DNA from: a virus | Lineage: Duplodnaviria > Caudoviricetes | DNA length: 33,410 bases | Reading direction: 5' to 3' (one strand) | IMG/VR virus record: IMGVR_UViG_3300028396_000031 | Location: 1-33,410 of that record | Shown: one piece after another, positions 1 to 10,334 of the stretch | How the letters are laid out: every line of letters starts with the position of its first letter | How positions within the stretch are numbered: the first letter of the stretch is position 1 | Notes under the pieces: generated by a model | What the model saw: the letters and a program-made list of their open reading frames with translations, nothing else | Database searches by the model: none | Told to the model about the DNA's origin: nothing | Program-made: the position numbers and the translations under genes

Positions 1-3000
1 TTTGTATCTATCTCTATCAGTCATTAATGCAAAGAACTGTGCTGGTTTTGTTTGTGCTAGTAATTTCATAACAGCAAATGGCCAAGCTGATGAACGTCTC
101 CATGCTGTTTCAACCGGTCCGCCGTCCCCCACTTGCCATGATTTTTCTGTACTTAATAAATCATAGTTATTAACTAACACATCAAAACTAGATTCTAAAT
201 CTCCTTCGTCTCCTGTAGGGATAACTGTTTGTAATCCTGTACGTATAGAGTTTTTAACTATTCTTTCGCCTGCAGGATCTGCAACTTTACCAAGAGCTAG
301 ATCATCCCACAGCACTAAGTTATCTTCTGTATATGGTGCTGGACCATATTGACTTTGCCACCAGCTAGGCTCTTCAGTTATTCCTAGCAATTCCCAAGGA
401 CGTAAATGTGGTATATCTGTATCATAGAATTTAAGTAAGTTACCTCTCCATCCACCTTTTAATAATTCACCATTTAATCTATCTGTTGAAGATGAATAGT
501 TCCATGTCTTTTGATTATCTTTATCGTAATCCTGTGTTTTGTAATCTAATTTGTTTTGAGCTACCCATGTTAAGAAACTTTCACTTAGTAAGTCTGTAAT
601 TTCTGCATCTGTATAGTCAGTTGTTCTAAATGCACCTGGGATAACATCTTGCCAATGCAACGGTATAATGTTTGTACTAGATACTTTGATATTGTTATAA
701 ATTCTACGTTCAAACTCTAATAATACTTCATCACGATTATCACCGAATGTAATTGTTTTAGAACCATCGTGCCCTTGTAATATTGTTTGACTTGTTGAAT
801 AACTATCGTCAGTATATGTAGTAGGAACAAATTTATCAAACAGTCCCATCTTGGTTGGTGTAGGTGGAACAAAACTTCCTTGAGTTGTTGTGTATTCTCT
901 TATAGTAACTACGTTACCTATTACTAACGGTTTTTTAACTTTGTCAATAGTTAGTCTAGGACCATCTGTTGCTAGTGTATAGTCTGTATCTTTTATTAAT
1001 TGTACATCATCAATATAAACTAAAATAGATTTATAGTTGGCTGTTGTAAAATCATATGTATATAATGTATCAAATATGTTATCATCAATTGCTGTTATTG
1101 TGTGTTTTGTTTCTTCAAACACTTGTCCACATGGAATTGTGTCTGCCCAATAAAACGGCATATCACTATTCTTACCTCTGTTTAAATCTTGAAATGCTTG
1201 ATCTAATCTTTCAGGTGCATTACCTTGATAATCATTTTTAGTTAATGTATCAATCAATCTATTTTTAAATTTTTCATATTCTGTTGATGCAAATTCAACT
1301 GAGTCAAAGAAGTTAATATTTGAATCTTTAGCAAACAATGCAGTAAACTGTAATGGTGATGATTGTTCAACAATCTGACTACCATAGCTAGGTAAATTTG
1401 CTAAATCTTTAAGATTGTTTTCACCTAGTATAGTGCCACTAAGATCTGGATTTCTTTGTGCAAGACTAACAAAATGATTTCTAACTGTACCTAATGTAAC
1501 AGTTTCAAAACTAGTGTTTACTGAATTATCACTAAGGTTACCTGGCATTTCATAGTAACCAACTTTACTTGCCTGACTACTTATTACACGAATATGTACA
1601 AGGTCTGCTTCACTAGCTAGTGTCACTGTTGTAGTTGTTGCTGTCCTTGTAACAGTATAATCACTAGGACTAACATATTCATTATCAACGTGAACGATAA
1701 CTGTATTATCACCGTCAGCGTATCTAACGTCACAGGTACATTCTGTTTTGTCTGTAAATGTAAATATCTGTGCTTGACGTGATGTTGTTGATGCTTTTTC
1801 CCAACCTGTTTTTAAATTAAAAGTTGTTCTGTCTGCATACTTTCTAATAAATCCTGTTGCAACTTTTGTTGTAGTTGATACATTGTTAACTGTATAAACA
1901 AAAGTATCACTGTATAAATTGTTGTCAAATACAATATCACCAACATTATTAATGTTTAAATATTTTAATCTTAAATCAAGTTCACTATCTATATTTCCTG
2001 AACCTGGTGCATATGAAAATAGTTTTGTTCCAACAAAGTTAGTTGATGGATAGTACGTACTGTTGCCTATAGAGTTTCCGTCAGCATCAAATATATCAAA
2101 CAATGGTGCCTGATTAACTTTTGTTTTTTGTTGTGTTTGCTCCCAGGCAGTACCTGTATATCTATAACTCTTACCTTGCAAAGTATTTCCACTGGTTACA
2201 TATATTGTTTCGTCTTCTACCACGTCGCCATCATCAGCTTTAATTAATTGAATAATTTTTTCACTCTCTTGCCCTGGGTCAAGTGTGATGCCAACTGGGT
2301 CAACTAATTTGACTTCGTAAATTTTATTTCTTACTTCAGGATCTAGGTCAGCGGCAAATATAATTCTTGAACCGTCAAATAATTGCACACCATCAATACC
2401 ATATCCAATTTGTCCTGCTACATTTGAAAGTGCATCTGTTTGTTTTGTGTCAATAATTGTAACTGGTGCTTTACCATCTGTACCAAAGTTAAACAGTCTT
2501 AATCCATCATTGAATGATAATATAGGACGTTTAGCACGAGCAGTCTGATCTATATTAGCTACTGTCTTATTATATTTTGCTGAATCTTTTATTACTGAAA
2601 TATGGAACCAACGATTTGATCTTGTCCAAGGATTTTGATCTGTAGACCCTCTGTTAATTGTCATGTAGTCTTTAACTGTTGGTGCATTCAGACTTGAGTC
2701 AAATGGTGTTTCGTCATATCCTTTAACATCGTATGGTTGTGTTTCACTAACTGTAAATTCTTCTGGTGTTTTAAAATCAGTTACTGGTAATAATTTAATT
2801 GCAGTGCCTACACCCTCAACATAGTATTCTTTATCTTGATACTCAGCTGGCTCTGTTTTGCCACGGAACTGTACTTTCATTCCATTGGTTAATTTAATAC
2901 CTGTTGGTGAAGTATAAGTTTTAACTCCTACAATATCGTCTCCAACATTTAGTGTCAACTGATTAACAGCATCTACTACACGAATAATTCCAAATCTATT

Positions 3001-4263
3001 TGTATCTGTGCCATCTTGATAATACAGTGTATCTTTAACTGCTGATAGCAATGGCTGTTCCTCAAAGAAACCTTCAGCTGTTTTCCAATAATACATGTTA
3101 TTGTGTGCAGTACCGTACTGAATATGAACTTTAGTTAACGCTGGAACTTCTTTAACTTTATTAAGTACCATAATTGGATTTGCACCACTAGCATCAAACA
3201 ATGGCGAATCCTCATCTATTTCGTATACATATTCAATTCTGTATATTGAGTAACGATTTGTTTTTGTTGTTATATCTTCAGACTCGGCGAATGGTTCGCC
3301 GTCATTATCAAATAGTCCATTATCAAATCTTGCATCACGTTTCCAGCCTGAATCTTCTCCATCACCAGGATTTCTATTAGTAAAGATAATTGTTCTGTTA
3401 CGTAGATCTGTTATTTCGTCAATGCCGTCATACTTGTCTAAGAATGGTTTTAGTTGTTGATTATTAACTTCATCAAAGTCTAAGTCAGTTACTAGATCAA
3501 CTTTATCAGTAACATCCATGTTTAAGAAAAAGTTCTGATCAGTTGCTAACGGTACATTAAAATCAACTACTCCGTTGTCATCTCCGTTGTTAGTGACTCC
3601 TAATACCGCTCTGCTTGATTGATTAGGTTGACCTTTGACTGTTCCTGTTGATCCTGGATCAGTTTGTATATAAAATGGAAAGCCAGTTTGTTGAACATTA
3701 AATTTATAGTTTCCGCCTCTAACCACAGTAATCGTAGGGTTAGTTCCTTCTACACCACTTAGCGAATAGTTAAATTCATTTCTTGTAACATCATACTCAT
3801 CACTGGTTGATATTTCTGTAGCACCTACGTCAACTGAATCTGGTCCTTGCGGTAACCAATAGTACTGTGCAAAATTAATAAACATGTCGTAGTCAACAAA
3901 CGGATCCCATGCGTAAAACTCACTATCAAACAATCTATCATGTTTGTCAGTTAATGCACCATTTACCTGAAGTGCGTCTACTATTCCTGGGTACGTTAAA
4001 AAGTCGTTTGTTTCTTTTGAGTCTGTCTTTTTAAATGTTACTGTTGGCTCAAGTTGATATACAGAACGTTCTTGATCTTGTTCCAATACATAGCTGTCAC
4101 TACCACTAACACCTAAGCCAGTTTGTTGTCCAATAAATCCTTCAACTCTTTTTAGTTCAGGTCGTTGGACAATTTGGTCCAGAGTAGCATTTAGAAACTT
4201 TTCATTAGTTTCAGTTCTAAATATTTCTGGTAGTAGATCTATAGTTCTTGTTAGTCTGGCCAT
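1..4263 (-). CDS. Very large virion/baseplate structural protein (gp7-like wedge position), truncated at the left window edge
   Basis: Not in the ORF track because it has no stop in the window. ATG at 4263 gives MARLTRTIDLLPEIFRTETNEKFLNATLDQIVQRPELKRVEGFIG. The same frame is open at position 1 (...WRRSSAWPFAVMKLLAQTKPAQFFALMTDRDRYK), implying at least 1421 codons. It starts 3 nt after the gp6 stop. The gp7 equivalence is inferred from synteny only. Confidence 0.8.
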   Translation of the reverse strand, partial: MARLTRTIDLLPEIFRTETNEKFLNATLDQIVQRPELKRVEGFIGQQTGLGVSGSDSYVLEQDQERSVYQLEPTVTFKKTDSKETNDFLTYPGIVDALQVNGALTDKHDRLFDSEFYAWDPFVDYDMFINFAQYYWLPQGPDSVDVGATEISTSDEYDVTRNEFNYSLSGVEGTNPTITVVRGGNYKFNVQQTGFPFYIQTDPGSTGTVKGQPNQSSRAVLGVTNNGDDNGVVDFNVPLATDQNFFLNMDVTDKVDLVTDLDFDEVNNQQLKPFLDKYDGIDEITDLRNRTIIFTNRNPGDGEDSGWKRDARFDNGLFDNDGEPFAESEDITTKTNRYSIYRIEYVYEIDEDSPLFDASGANPIMVLNKVKEVPALTKVHIQYGTAHNNMYYWKTAEGFFEEQPLLSAVKDTLYYQDGTDTNRFGIIRVVDAVNQLTLNVGDDIVGVKTYTSPTGIKLTNGMKVQFRGKTEPAEYQDKEYYVEGVGTAIKLLPVTDFKTPEEFTVSETQPYDVKGYDETPFDSSLNAPTVKDYMTINRGSTDQNPWTRSNRWFHISVIKDSAKYNKTVANIDQTARAKRPILSFNDGLRLFNFGTDGKAPVTIIDTKQTDALSNVAGQIGYGIDGVQLFDGSRIIFAADLDPEVRNKIYEVKLVDPVGITLDPGQESEKIIQLIKADDGDVVEDETIYVTSGNTLQGKSYRYTGTAWEQTQQKTKVNQAPLFDIFDADGNSIGNSTYYPSTNFVGTKLFSYAPGSGNIDSELDLRLKYLNINNVGDIVFDNNLYSDTFVYTVNNVSTTTKVATGFIRKYADRTTFNLKTGWEKASTTSRQAQIFTFTDKTECTCDVRYADGDNTVIVHVDNEYVSPSDYTVTRTATTTTVTLASEADLVHIRVISSQASKVGYYEMPGNLSDNSVNTSFETVTLGTVRNHFVSLAQRNPDLSGTILGENNLKDLANLPSYGSQIVEQSSPLQFTALFAKDSNINFFDSVEFASTEYEKFKNRLIDTLTKNDYQGNAPERLDQAFQDLNRGKNSDMPFYWADTIPCGQVFEETKHTITAIDDNIFDTLYTYDFTTANYKSILVYIDDVQLIKDTDYTLATDGPRLTIDKVKKPLVIGNVVTIREYTTTQGSFVPPTPTKMGLFDKFVPTTYTDDSYSTSQTILQGHDGSKTITFGDNRDEVLLEFERRIYNNIKVSSTNIIPLHWQDVIPGAFRTTDYTDAEITDLLSESFLTWVAQNKLDYKTQDYDKDNQKTWNYSSSTDRLNGELLKGGWRGNLLKFYDTDIPHLRPWELLGITEEPSWWQSQYGPAPYTEDNLVLWDDLALGKVADPAGERIVKNSIRTGLQTVIPTGDEGDLESSFDVLVNNYDLLSTEKSWQVGDGGPVETAWRRSSAWPFAVMKLLAQTKPAQFFALMTDRDRYK

Positions 4264-4266
4264 TCT

Positions 4267-7200
4267 TTATCCTTGTTTTAACGTGCCTGCTGTAAGTGCA
4301 TCAATAACATCAACGTCGTTAACGCTCGCCGCATTAACAAATATTTCATTTGGTGCACATTTTATTTCATATAAGTCACCGAATGTTTTTGTTGGGTCTG
4401 TTGGTACTAAAACAACCGATGATATAATATCACCTAGTTCTTCATGTAGGTATGCTGATAATTCAGAGAAGTAAAATGTATCTCCAAAGTCCCATTTATC
4501 TATATTAAAGTATTCATTCATTGCTTCAACAACACGTGATTTCATTTCACCTGTTGATACAACCACTCCACTTTGTTTAATCACTTTAATTTTACCTTGA
4601 AGTTCAGTTGCTGACTTAGTTCCAAATAATGGTTTAAACGTTACTGAATTTAAAATTAAATTGTCACTAGCCATTTTGTTATCGTTCAATGAACTATATG
4701 CAATAGTTAATTCATCAATAGTTGGCTTGGTAGGCATAACAACTTTATCTGTTATATCTTTAATCCAATTTGTGTAATCTGTATAGTATGTGTTTGACAC
4801 TAGGAACAAATCAATAATATTTGTTAGTGCTGGATCAATTCTACGTGTGTTTGGTGAGTTATGTTTGTATTGAAAATATAAATCTTGTCTACCAATTGAT
4901 ACTTGATAGTCTGTACTTTCAGCTAGTGTAAACTCACTGCCTGTAATTGTTAATACATAAAATTTCTTATCTGTGTAAGCATAAAATACTTGTCCATTGA
5001 GGTATTCAGTTTTCTTTAATTCAATGTCATCTAGAGTTGCATACAATATATTAACTGTTGAACTAGCTAAAGGAACATATCTTTCTAAGTTGTCAAAATC
5101 AGTTTGCTTATTAAAGAATACATATTTTGTATTTGGATTAGTATCAGGATCAACAAGATCTAAAAAGATATCTGGATTGTCTGCAATGCCATCTGTATCT
5201 TTATCTGAATAACTTACTTTTACTTTAAAGTTATCAACAAAGCCATCTGTTTCAACTTCTTGTCCAACAATGTCTAAACTAACATCGGTTGTTAATCCAT
5301 CACTTGAATCTGGTTTGGTATTTGTTTTTAATACTTTAACCGAATCATTAACTGTTTTACCTGTTTTAGGATCATATACTTTTGAACCAGAATCATATAT
5401 AAATCTATTTTCTAACACTGATGCAAAGAAGTAACCTAGGTTACGATATTTCATTGTGTATAAATCACCGTCTGTAGTAAACTGTATTAACCAGGACGCA
5501 TCTACATTTGTTCCTGTAGTATTACCACGATAGCTACTATCGTATTCTGCATCTTCATCTAGGTTGTCTGTTGAAATAATATACCATTCACTAGTAGTTT
5601 CGTTATATCCAATACCAAAGTCTCTGTATACTTCAATTTGATCAATAATTAAATTTTCAAAAGTTGTTGTTAGGTCTGTAGTAAACTTAGGAATAACTTC
5701 TGTTGGAATACAACCACTAGGTAGATACTCATTGAATGTTATAGGACCTGTTCCGTCTGACAGGTTACCTGTTCCAAAGTTAGTACCATCTAATGTTAAA
5801 TTAGTTACTGTTGCCCATATTACTAATTTGTCATTTGATTTAGTTGGAAGTCCTGCCTGCAATCTATTGTTTGCATCAAAGTATTGGTTAGTTGGTGCTG
5901 TAAATTTAACTAGAGCACCTTCTTGAATATATTTTGTATTTCCAGAAGTAAATGATCCAACTGGTTCAGCATTGCTAGAGGCATTTAAAAAGTAGCCAGT
6001 AGTTTGATTAACAACGGCTGTTGACTTATTCCAAGACAATGATAAGCTAGTTAGTGGAATACGTTGATACTTGTCGTAGTAAAAGTGTGTTAGTTCTCTT
6101 CCTTTAAGTATTGGCTCAACAGTATTTGTTATAATGTCTGCAATATCATTTGTGTCTAAGAAACTAAAAGTAATTGTTGGATCTGTAAATGATCTATAAA
6201 ACATTCCGTCACTGGCAAAAGCAGTTGTTGATGAATACTTACCTGTAGGATCTAGTAAATCTAATTGTCTATTAATGCCAATGCCTGTTCTTGCAATAGC
6301 TTTTGACTTTAAGATACTTGTAAATCTTGTGTACGGAAAGTTGTTATAGTCTTCGCCGTTAACCATTCTATTCTGTGTATAAAAAGCCGCTGGTGCTCTT
6401 TCTTTAATTTCTTCAATACTTTCTCTTGATTTAGAATTTGAAACAGGTGACTGTAAACTAACTGTCAGTGTTAGTGTTTCTGTTCTGCCGTTACGGCTTG
6501 TATAGTTTATAGGTACCTGTACGTTTTGTATTTCTTCAGGATTAATAACATACTCTAATCCGTTTGATGATCTAACATAACTTCTATAGTTACCCAATGG
6601 TATCTTACTAAATGTGCCATCACCAAATTGTAATTGTATTTGATCGTTTGTTCCTGTGTTAACCTGATACACAGTTCTTAACTCAGTTGAATTTGTTTTA
6701 TCAACAGCAAAGATATTATCTACTTTTGACCACTCAGACTGAATTGTGCCAGTGCTGTCAAGTTCAAACAACCAAACATCATCTTCGTTAATACCTGATG
6801 TGTTAATATCAACTGTTCTATTTGAAATACGATCAATAAGTGTTATGTCCTGATTAGTTAGTGTCCCTTGTTTAAATGTAAAGAAGTATCCTGTTTCTGG
6901 GCTACCATATCCTAATTTGTCGTTGCGATATAAAACATTAAACATACCACCTGGCTGTGGTGCAGGTTCATACATATATGTTTTAGTTGAAGAAGTACTT
7001 GATGTAATTTCAAAGTCCATTGCAATACCATCAACTTCTGATGTAAACTGAGCAACTGGTACTGTATTTGCAGTTGTGTTTAGTTCATATTCGTCTGTGA
7101 CAACACCTAATATATTTTGACTGTTTCCAGGAAGTCCAAAACGCTGACTATCAATCATAGCCGCATTCATAATTGCATTAAATTGTTCTAACCAATCTGA

Positions 7201-7647
7201 GTTAGTAACGTCATTCCAATTAATTGTAACACCAGACAGATTAAAGTTATTGTAGTCTAAAACTGATTCTGTTGTTGATACACCTGTAACTTTTAAGTAG
7301 CCATTGCCGTTACGGTTACGTTTTGGAGTATAGCCAACTAGTTTTGCTAACTTAATTACTGAGTCTCTACGTTCTGCTGTATCTAAAAAGTTTTCTCTAG
7401 TATTTAGATCAGAACGGAAAGCAAGACCTTGCCCTGTAAAGGCAATTAGATCTAGCATTGCAATAAATTCACTTGACTCTGTGTAGTCGTTAAATGTTTC
7501 TGGATAGTATAGACGTAAGTAGTCTACCATCGACTTTCTCAGCGTTTCAAAGTCATAACTTTGAAAATCAGCTTCTTTGAAAGTACGGTATAACTTCTTC
7601 CAGTCTTCCGCTCCAAATATAGCGGTTTGTCGTGTAGTTTTAGCCAT
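4267..7647 (-). CDS. gp6: Baseplate wedge subunit, T4 gp6-like
   Basis: N-terminal DFETLRKSMVDYL...FNDYTESSEFIAMLDLIAF...ENFLDTAERRDSVIKLAKLVGYTPK, QLQFGDG and ESIEEIKERAP...QNRMVNGEDY are typical gp6/baseplate-J motifs. Lies next to gp25. Confidence 0.9.
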   Translation of the reverse strand: MAKTTRQTAIFGAEDWKKLYRTFKEADFQSYDFETLRKSMVDYLRLYYPETFNDYTESSEFIAMLDLIAFTGQGLAFRSDLNTRENFLDTAERRDSVIKLAKLVGYTPKRNRNGNGYLKVTGVSTTESVLDYNNFNLSGVTINWNDVTNSDWLEQFNAIMNAAMIDSQRFGLPGNSQNILGVVTDEYELNTTANTVPVAQFTSEVDGIAMDFEITSSTSSTKTYMYEPAPQPGGMFNVLYRNDKLGYGSPETGYFFTFKQGTLTNQDITLIDRISNRTVDINTSGINEDDVWLFELDSTGTIQSEWSKVDNIFAVDKTNSTELRTVYQVNTGTNDQIQLQFGDGTFSKIPLGNYRSYVRSSNGLEYVINPEEIQNVQVPINYTSRNGRTETLTLTVSLQSPVSNSKSRESIEEIKERAPAAFYTQNRMVNGEDYNNFPYTRFTSILKSKAIARTGIGINRQLDLLDPTGKYSSTTAFASDGMFYRSFTDPTITFSFLDTNDIADIITNTVEPILKGRELTHFYYDKYQRIPLTSLSLSWNKSTAVVNQTTGYFLNASSNAEPVGSFTSGNTKYIQEGALVKFTAPTNQYFDANNRLQAGLPTKSNDKLVIWATVTNLTLDGTNFGTGNLSDGTGPITFNEYLPSGCIPTEVIPKFTTDLTTTFENLIIDQIEVYRDFGIGYNETTSEWYIISTDNLDEDAEYDSSYRGNTTGTNVDASWLIQFTTDGDLYTMKYRNLGYFFASVLENRFIYDSGSKVYDPKTGKTVNDSVKVLKTNTKPDSSDGLTTDVSLDIVGQEVETDGFVDNFKVKVSYSDKDTDGIADNPDIFLDLVDPDTNPNTKYVFFNKQTDFDNLERYVPLASSTVNILYATLDDIELKKTEYLNGQVFYAYTDKKFYVLTITGSEFTLAESTDYQVSIGRQDLYFQYKHNSPNTRRIDPALTNIIDLFLVSNTYYTDYTNWIKDITDKVVMPTKPTIDELTIAYSSLNDNKMASDNLILNSVTFKPLFGTKSATELQGKIKVIKQSGVVVSTGEMKSRVVEAMNEYFNIDKWDFGDTFYFSELSAYLHEELGDIISSVVLVPTDPTKTFGDLYEIKCAPNEIFVNAASVNDVDVIDALTAGTLKQG

Positions 7648-7675
7648 AGCTTACCTATAATCCTTATTATGTAAG

Positions 7676-7683
7676 TATTTATC
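7676..7683 (-). promoter_or_regulatory. T4-type late promoter GATAAATA upstream of gp6
   Basis: One mismatch to TATAAATA, in the gp25-gp6 intergenic gap. The same octamer recurs upstream of many structural genes. Confidence 0.7.
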
Positions 7684-7703
7684 ACTTTAATAAAGTGCGT
7701 ATA

Positions 7704-8078
7704 TTATAAGTAGCTTGCTGTTTGAGTTTCTGTATCGAGGAATATTTTAAGTAATTGTGCTTCACTTGACTGCACTGTGCTAACTGAAAGTTCACACAAT
7801 AAGCCATTGTTTTGTTGAAAAAATACAACGTCTTCAACTTTAACTCTAGGATCTTTTTCAACTGACTTACGCATCTGATTTTCTAACTGTTTTAAGGTTG
7901 CATCATCAATTGAATCAAACAAGTAGTTCCATAGCTCAGTACCAACATTTGGTCTGCCCGGCATTTCGCCTTGCTTAATTAAAAGATTATTTAATAAGTC
8001 TCTTTTAATTAATTCAAAGTCTTCTAGGCGAAACTTTTTAGCTTTGCCAATTGTGCTGTATCCGTAGAATTGTGCCAT
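7704..8078 (-). CDS. gp25: Baseplate wedge subunit gp25 (sheath initiator, GPW/gp25 family)
   Basis: 124 aa with LIKRDLLNNLLIKQGEMPGRPNVGTELWNYLFD...DPRV, the GPW_gp25 signature. Lies between gp5 and gp6. Confidence 0.9.
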   Translation of the reverse strand: MAQFYGYSTIGKAKKFRLEDFELIKRDLLNNLLIKQGEMPGRPNVGTELWNYLFDSIDDATLKQLENQMRKSVEKDPRVKVEDVVFFQQNNGLLCELSVSTVQSSEAQLLKIFLDTETQTASYL

Positions 8079-8085
8079 AGTCAGT

Positions 8086-8093
8086 TATTTATC
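8086..8093 (-). promoter_or_regulatory. Late promoter GATAAATA upstream of gp25
   Basis: Motif sits 7 nt before the ATG at 8078, with no SD sequence in between. Confidence 0.7.
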
Positions 8094-8096
8094 GCT

Positions 8097-10328
8097 TTAA
8101 GTTCTAGTGTATCTAGGCTGTCTTACTCTGGTATCACCTAGTATTTTTGTTATATCGTTATCTAGTGTAGTTCTATCTGTTGTGCCAGCAAACGCACCTG
8201 GATTACTATAACTCTTGCTTAAATCTGTTAGTTTAGTATCAACAAAATTAATGCTGTATTGTCCATTTCGTGCTGTCTGCTCAATGCCACTATTAATTAG
8301 AGCATTACCGCCACCTTTACTCCACGCCAGTACATTATCACTACCATGCACTGTTGCCGCTTGTATTAATCCACCTAGGTCTTTTGCAATTTCTGTTCCT
8401 TTGACAACACCTTTAGCTATTAGATCACTTAAATTAGTGTTATACAAATCTTCTTGTGCTTGTGATTGAGTACTAACATCTGTTAAGAAATTATTTAGAT
8501 TGTTTGCCCCAGACTTACCCGTCCATACATTAGTATTATTAAGTACAGATTCTAATTGTGTAGTTACATTTCCAAATCCATCTGTTACTGTTGAACTAGG
8601 ATCTTTCAAATATCTACTAGCTGTGCCAGGTTTAAGATATCCTGTTTCTTCAAGTTGTTTAGCTGACAGTCCGTATGTGCCTACTCCTTTGTCTACACTT
8701 AGCTCAGTTGATTCTTGACCAACGTCTTTGGCTTTTTGTGCCATTAATCCTTTAACCTGGTCTTCGTTTAAGCTACCAACTGAATTACTAGGAGTTGGTG
8801 TGTTTACAAAGTCACTTTCTGTTATTTGGGTCTCAGGTAGTTTTTCACCTACTGCTGTTGCTAGTGCTGGAGTTAACTCGCCTGCTTCTGTTGTTCCAAA
8901 TTGTACTGAGTTTTCAACACCAAGATTGTGATATGGCCAAGGTTCATGTGTAGGTACTCTAGTAGCAATAGTTTCTAACTTACCAAATTCAGCTTGCCAG
9001 CCAGTTGGTGTAAATTTAGCATCAGCAACTTTATTTTTCTTCATCAGTGGAGGAGCACTTACAGGAACACCACCGCCATTATTAAGGTTAATAGTGCCTG
9101 CATTAAAATCCATTCTGTCGCCACCTTTCACACTGCTTATTTTTCCACCTTCAAGTGCCGCGGTGTTATCACTTTTTAACCCAGCAAACTGTTTACTATA
9201 CAGTCTTGATGATGCTAATCCTGTTCCTACAAAAGATGTTTTTGCTTCTAAGTTCATTGAACTTTCTGAATATGCGTTTAGTTTTCCACCAGCATACATA
9301 TTAATATCTTTATCAGCGTGTAAGTTAATAGTGCCTTGTGTTCTTACGTTAACTGAGTTTGTAGAAAATACATCTACTGTTCCTTCCTGACCAAACTCTA
9401 ACCACGACTGTCCACTAGCATGTATAATATGAAAACAGTTTCCGTCATCACTCATTATAATTTGATGACCTTTTGCTGATCTAATTCTTACTAGCTGATC
9501 TTTACCTTCGATTGTTCCGTCATCAAGTACTATTGAATGTCCACCTTCACGCCCAATTACTTTTACCTGTTCTGGTTTCAGTTCGCCATTTTGTAGTTTT
9601 GTTCTTATCTGTGATTGGTCAGAGCCTTTAACACCATTGTATATAGGTTTACCTGGAGTGCTTAGTCCAAATACGTTACTTGGCGACTCTCTCTGTGCTG
9701 ATGATGTAATAGGTCCTCTGATCGTGTCTGTTAACAGTCCTTGACCAAACATGGTTCCTGCTACTGCATTATGTACAGGTTTAGCTTTTTTAAAAAACTC
9801 AGGACTATCGTTTATTTCACTGTCTGCATTGTTGATTTCTGTTACAGGTAATTGACTTGCTCCAGATACAAATGAGTCAGCGGCGCCACCAGCTTTGTAT
9901 GTTGTTGCTGATCCAATAGCAGGCACCATATGATTAAGACTGTCTTCTGGAATACAACCCACATAGTATCCGTTGTTAGGATCACCTGTTACAAAGAAAC
10001 ATAATACTTTTGTTCCAATGTCGGGTGGAGTAAACCACATACCGTATGAATGTTTATTGCCAACAAAGCTACCAGTTCCTTGAAGACCTGAACTTTCTGT
10101 TGATCCAAAGAATGGGGGAAGATAATTTATTGTTCTCCAGTTTGATTCATCATTTTCATCAGGACCTGCAAACTGTTTAATGTATACTTGTAGTCTAGCC
10201 GCACGTGTTGGATCAATATTGTTTTTAACAATACCTATAAATGGCCCCGACTCAGTTGGTAAATTATTTCCTGATCCAACCTTATAGTTTCTTGGGGTGC
10301 CTCGTCCTCTTATGTGTTCTTCTGCCAT
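8097..10328 (-). CDS. gp5: Baseplate central spike, gp5-like (OB fold, beta-helix, C-terminal lysozyme-like region)
   Basis: GPFIGIVKNNIDPTRAARLQVYI and YGMWFTPPDIGTKVLCFF (gp5/VgrG OB fold). GGHSIVLDDG...IRSAKGHQIIMSD...GQSWLEF beta-repeat region. Immediately upstream of gp25. Confidence 0.8.
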   Translation of the reverse strand: MAEEHIRGRGTPRNYKVGSGNNLPTESGPFIGIVKNNIDPTRAARLQVYIKQFAGPDENDESNWRTINYLPPFFGSTESSGLQGTGSFVGNKHSYGMWFTPPDIGTKVLCFFVTGDPNNGYYVGCIPEDSLNHMVPAIGSATTYKAGGAADSFVSGASQLPVTEINNADSEINDSPEFFKKAKPVHNAVAGTMFGQGLLTDTIRGPITSSAQRESPSNVFGLSTPGKPIYNGVKGSDQSQIRTKLQNGELKPEQVKVIGREGGHSIVLDDGTIEGKDQLVRIRSAKGHQIIMSDDGNCFHIIHASGQSWLEFGQEGTVDVFSTNSVNVRTQGTINLHADKDINMYAGGKLNAYSESSMNLEAKTSFVGTGLASSRLYSKQFAGLKSDNTAALEGGKISSVKGGDRMDFNAGTINLNNGGGVPVSAPPLMKKNKVADAKFTPTGWQAEFGKLETIATRVPTHEPWPYHNLGVENSVQFGTTEAGELTPALATAVGEKLPETQITESDFVNTPTPSNSVGSLNEDQVKGLMAQKAKDVGQESTELSVDKGVGTYGLSAKQLEETGYLKPGTASRYLKDPSSTVTDGFGNVTTQLESVLNNTNVWTGKSGANNLNNFLTDVSTQSQAQEDLYNTNLSDLIAKGVVKGTEIAKDLGGLIQAATVHGSDNVLAWSKGGGNALINSGIEQTARNGQYSINFVDTKLTDLSKSYSNPGAFAGTTDRTTLDNDITKILGDTRVRQPRYTRT

Positions 10329-10334
10329 ACTCTA

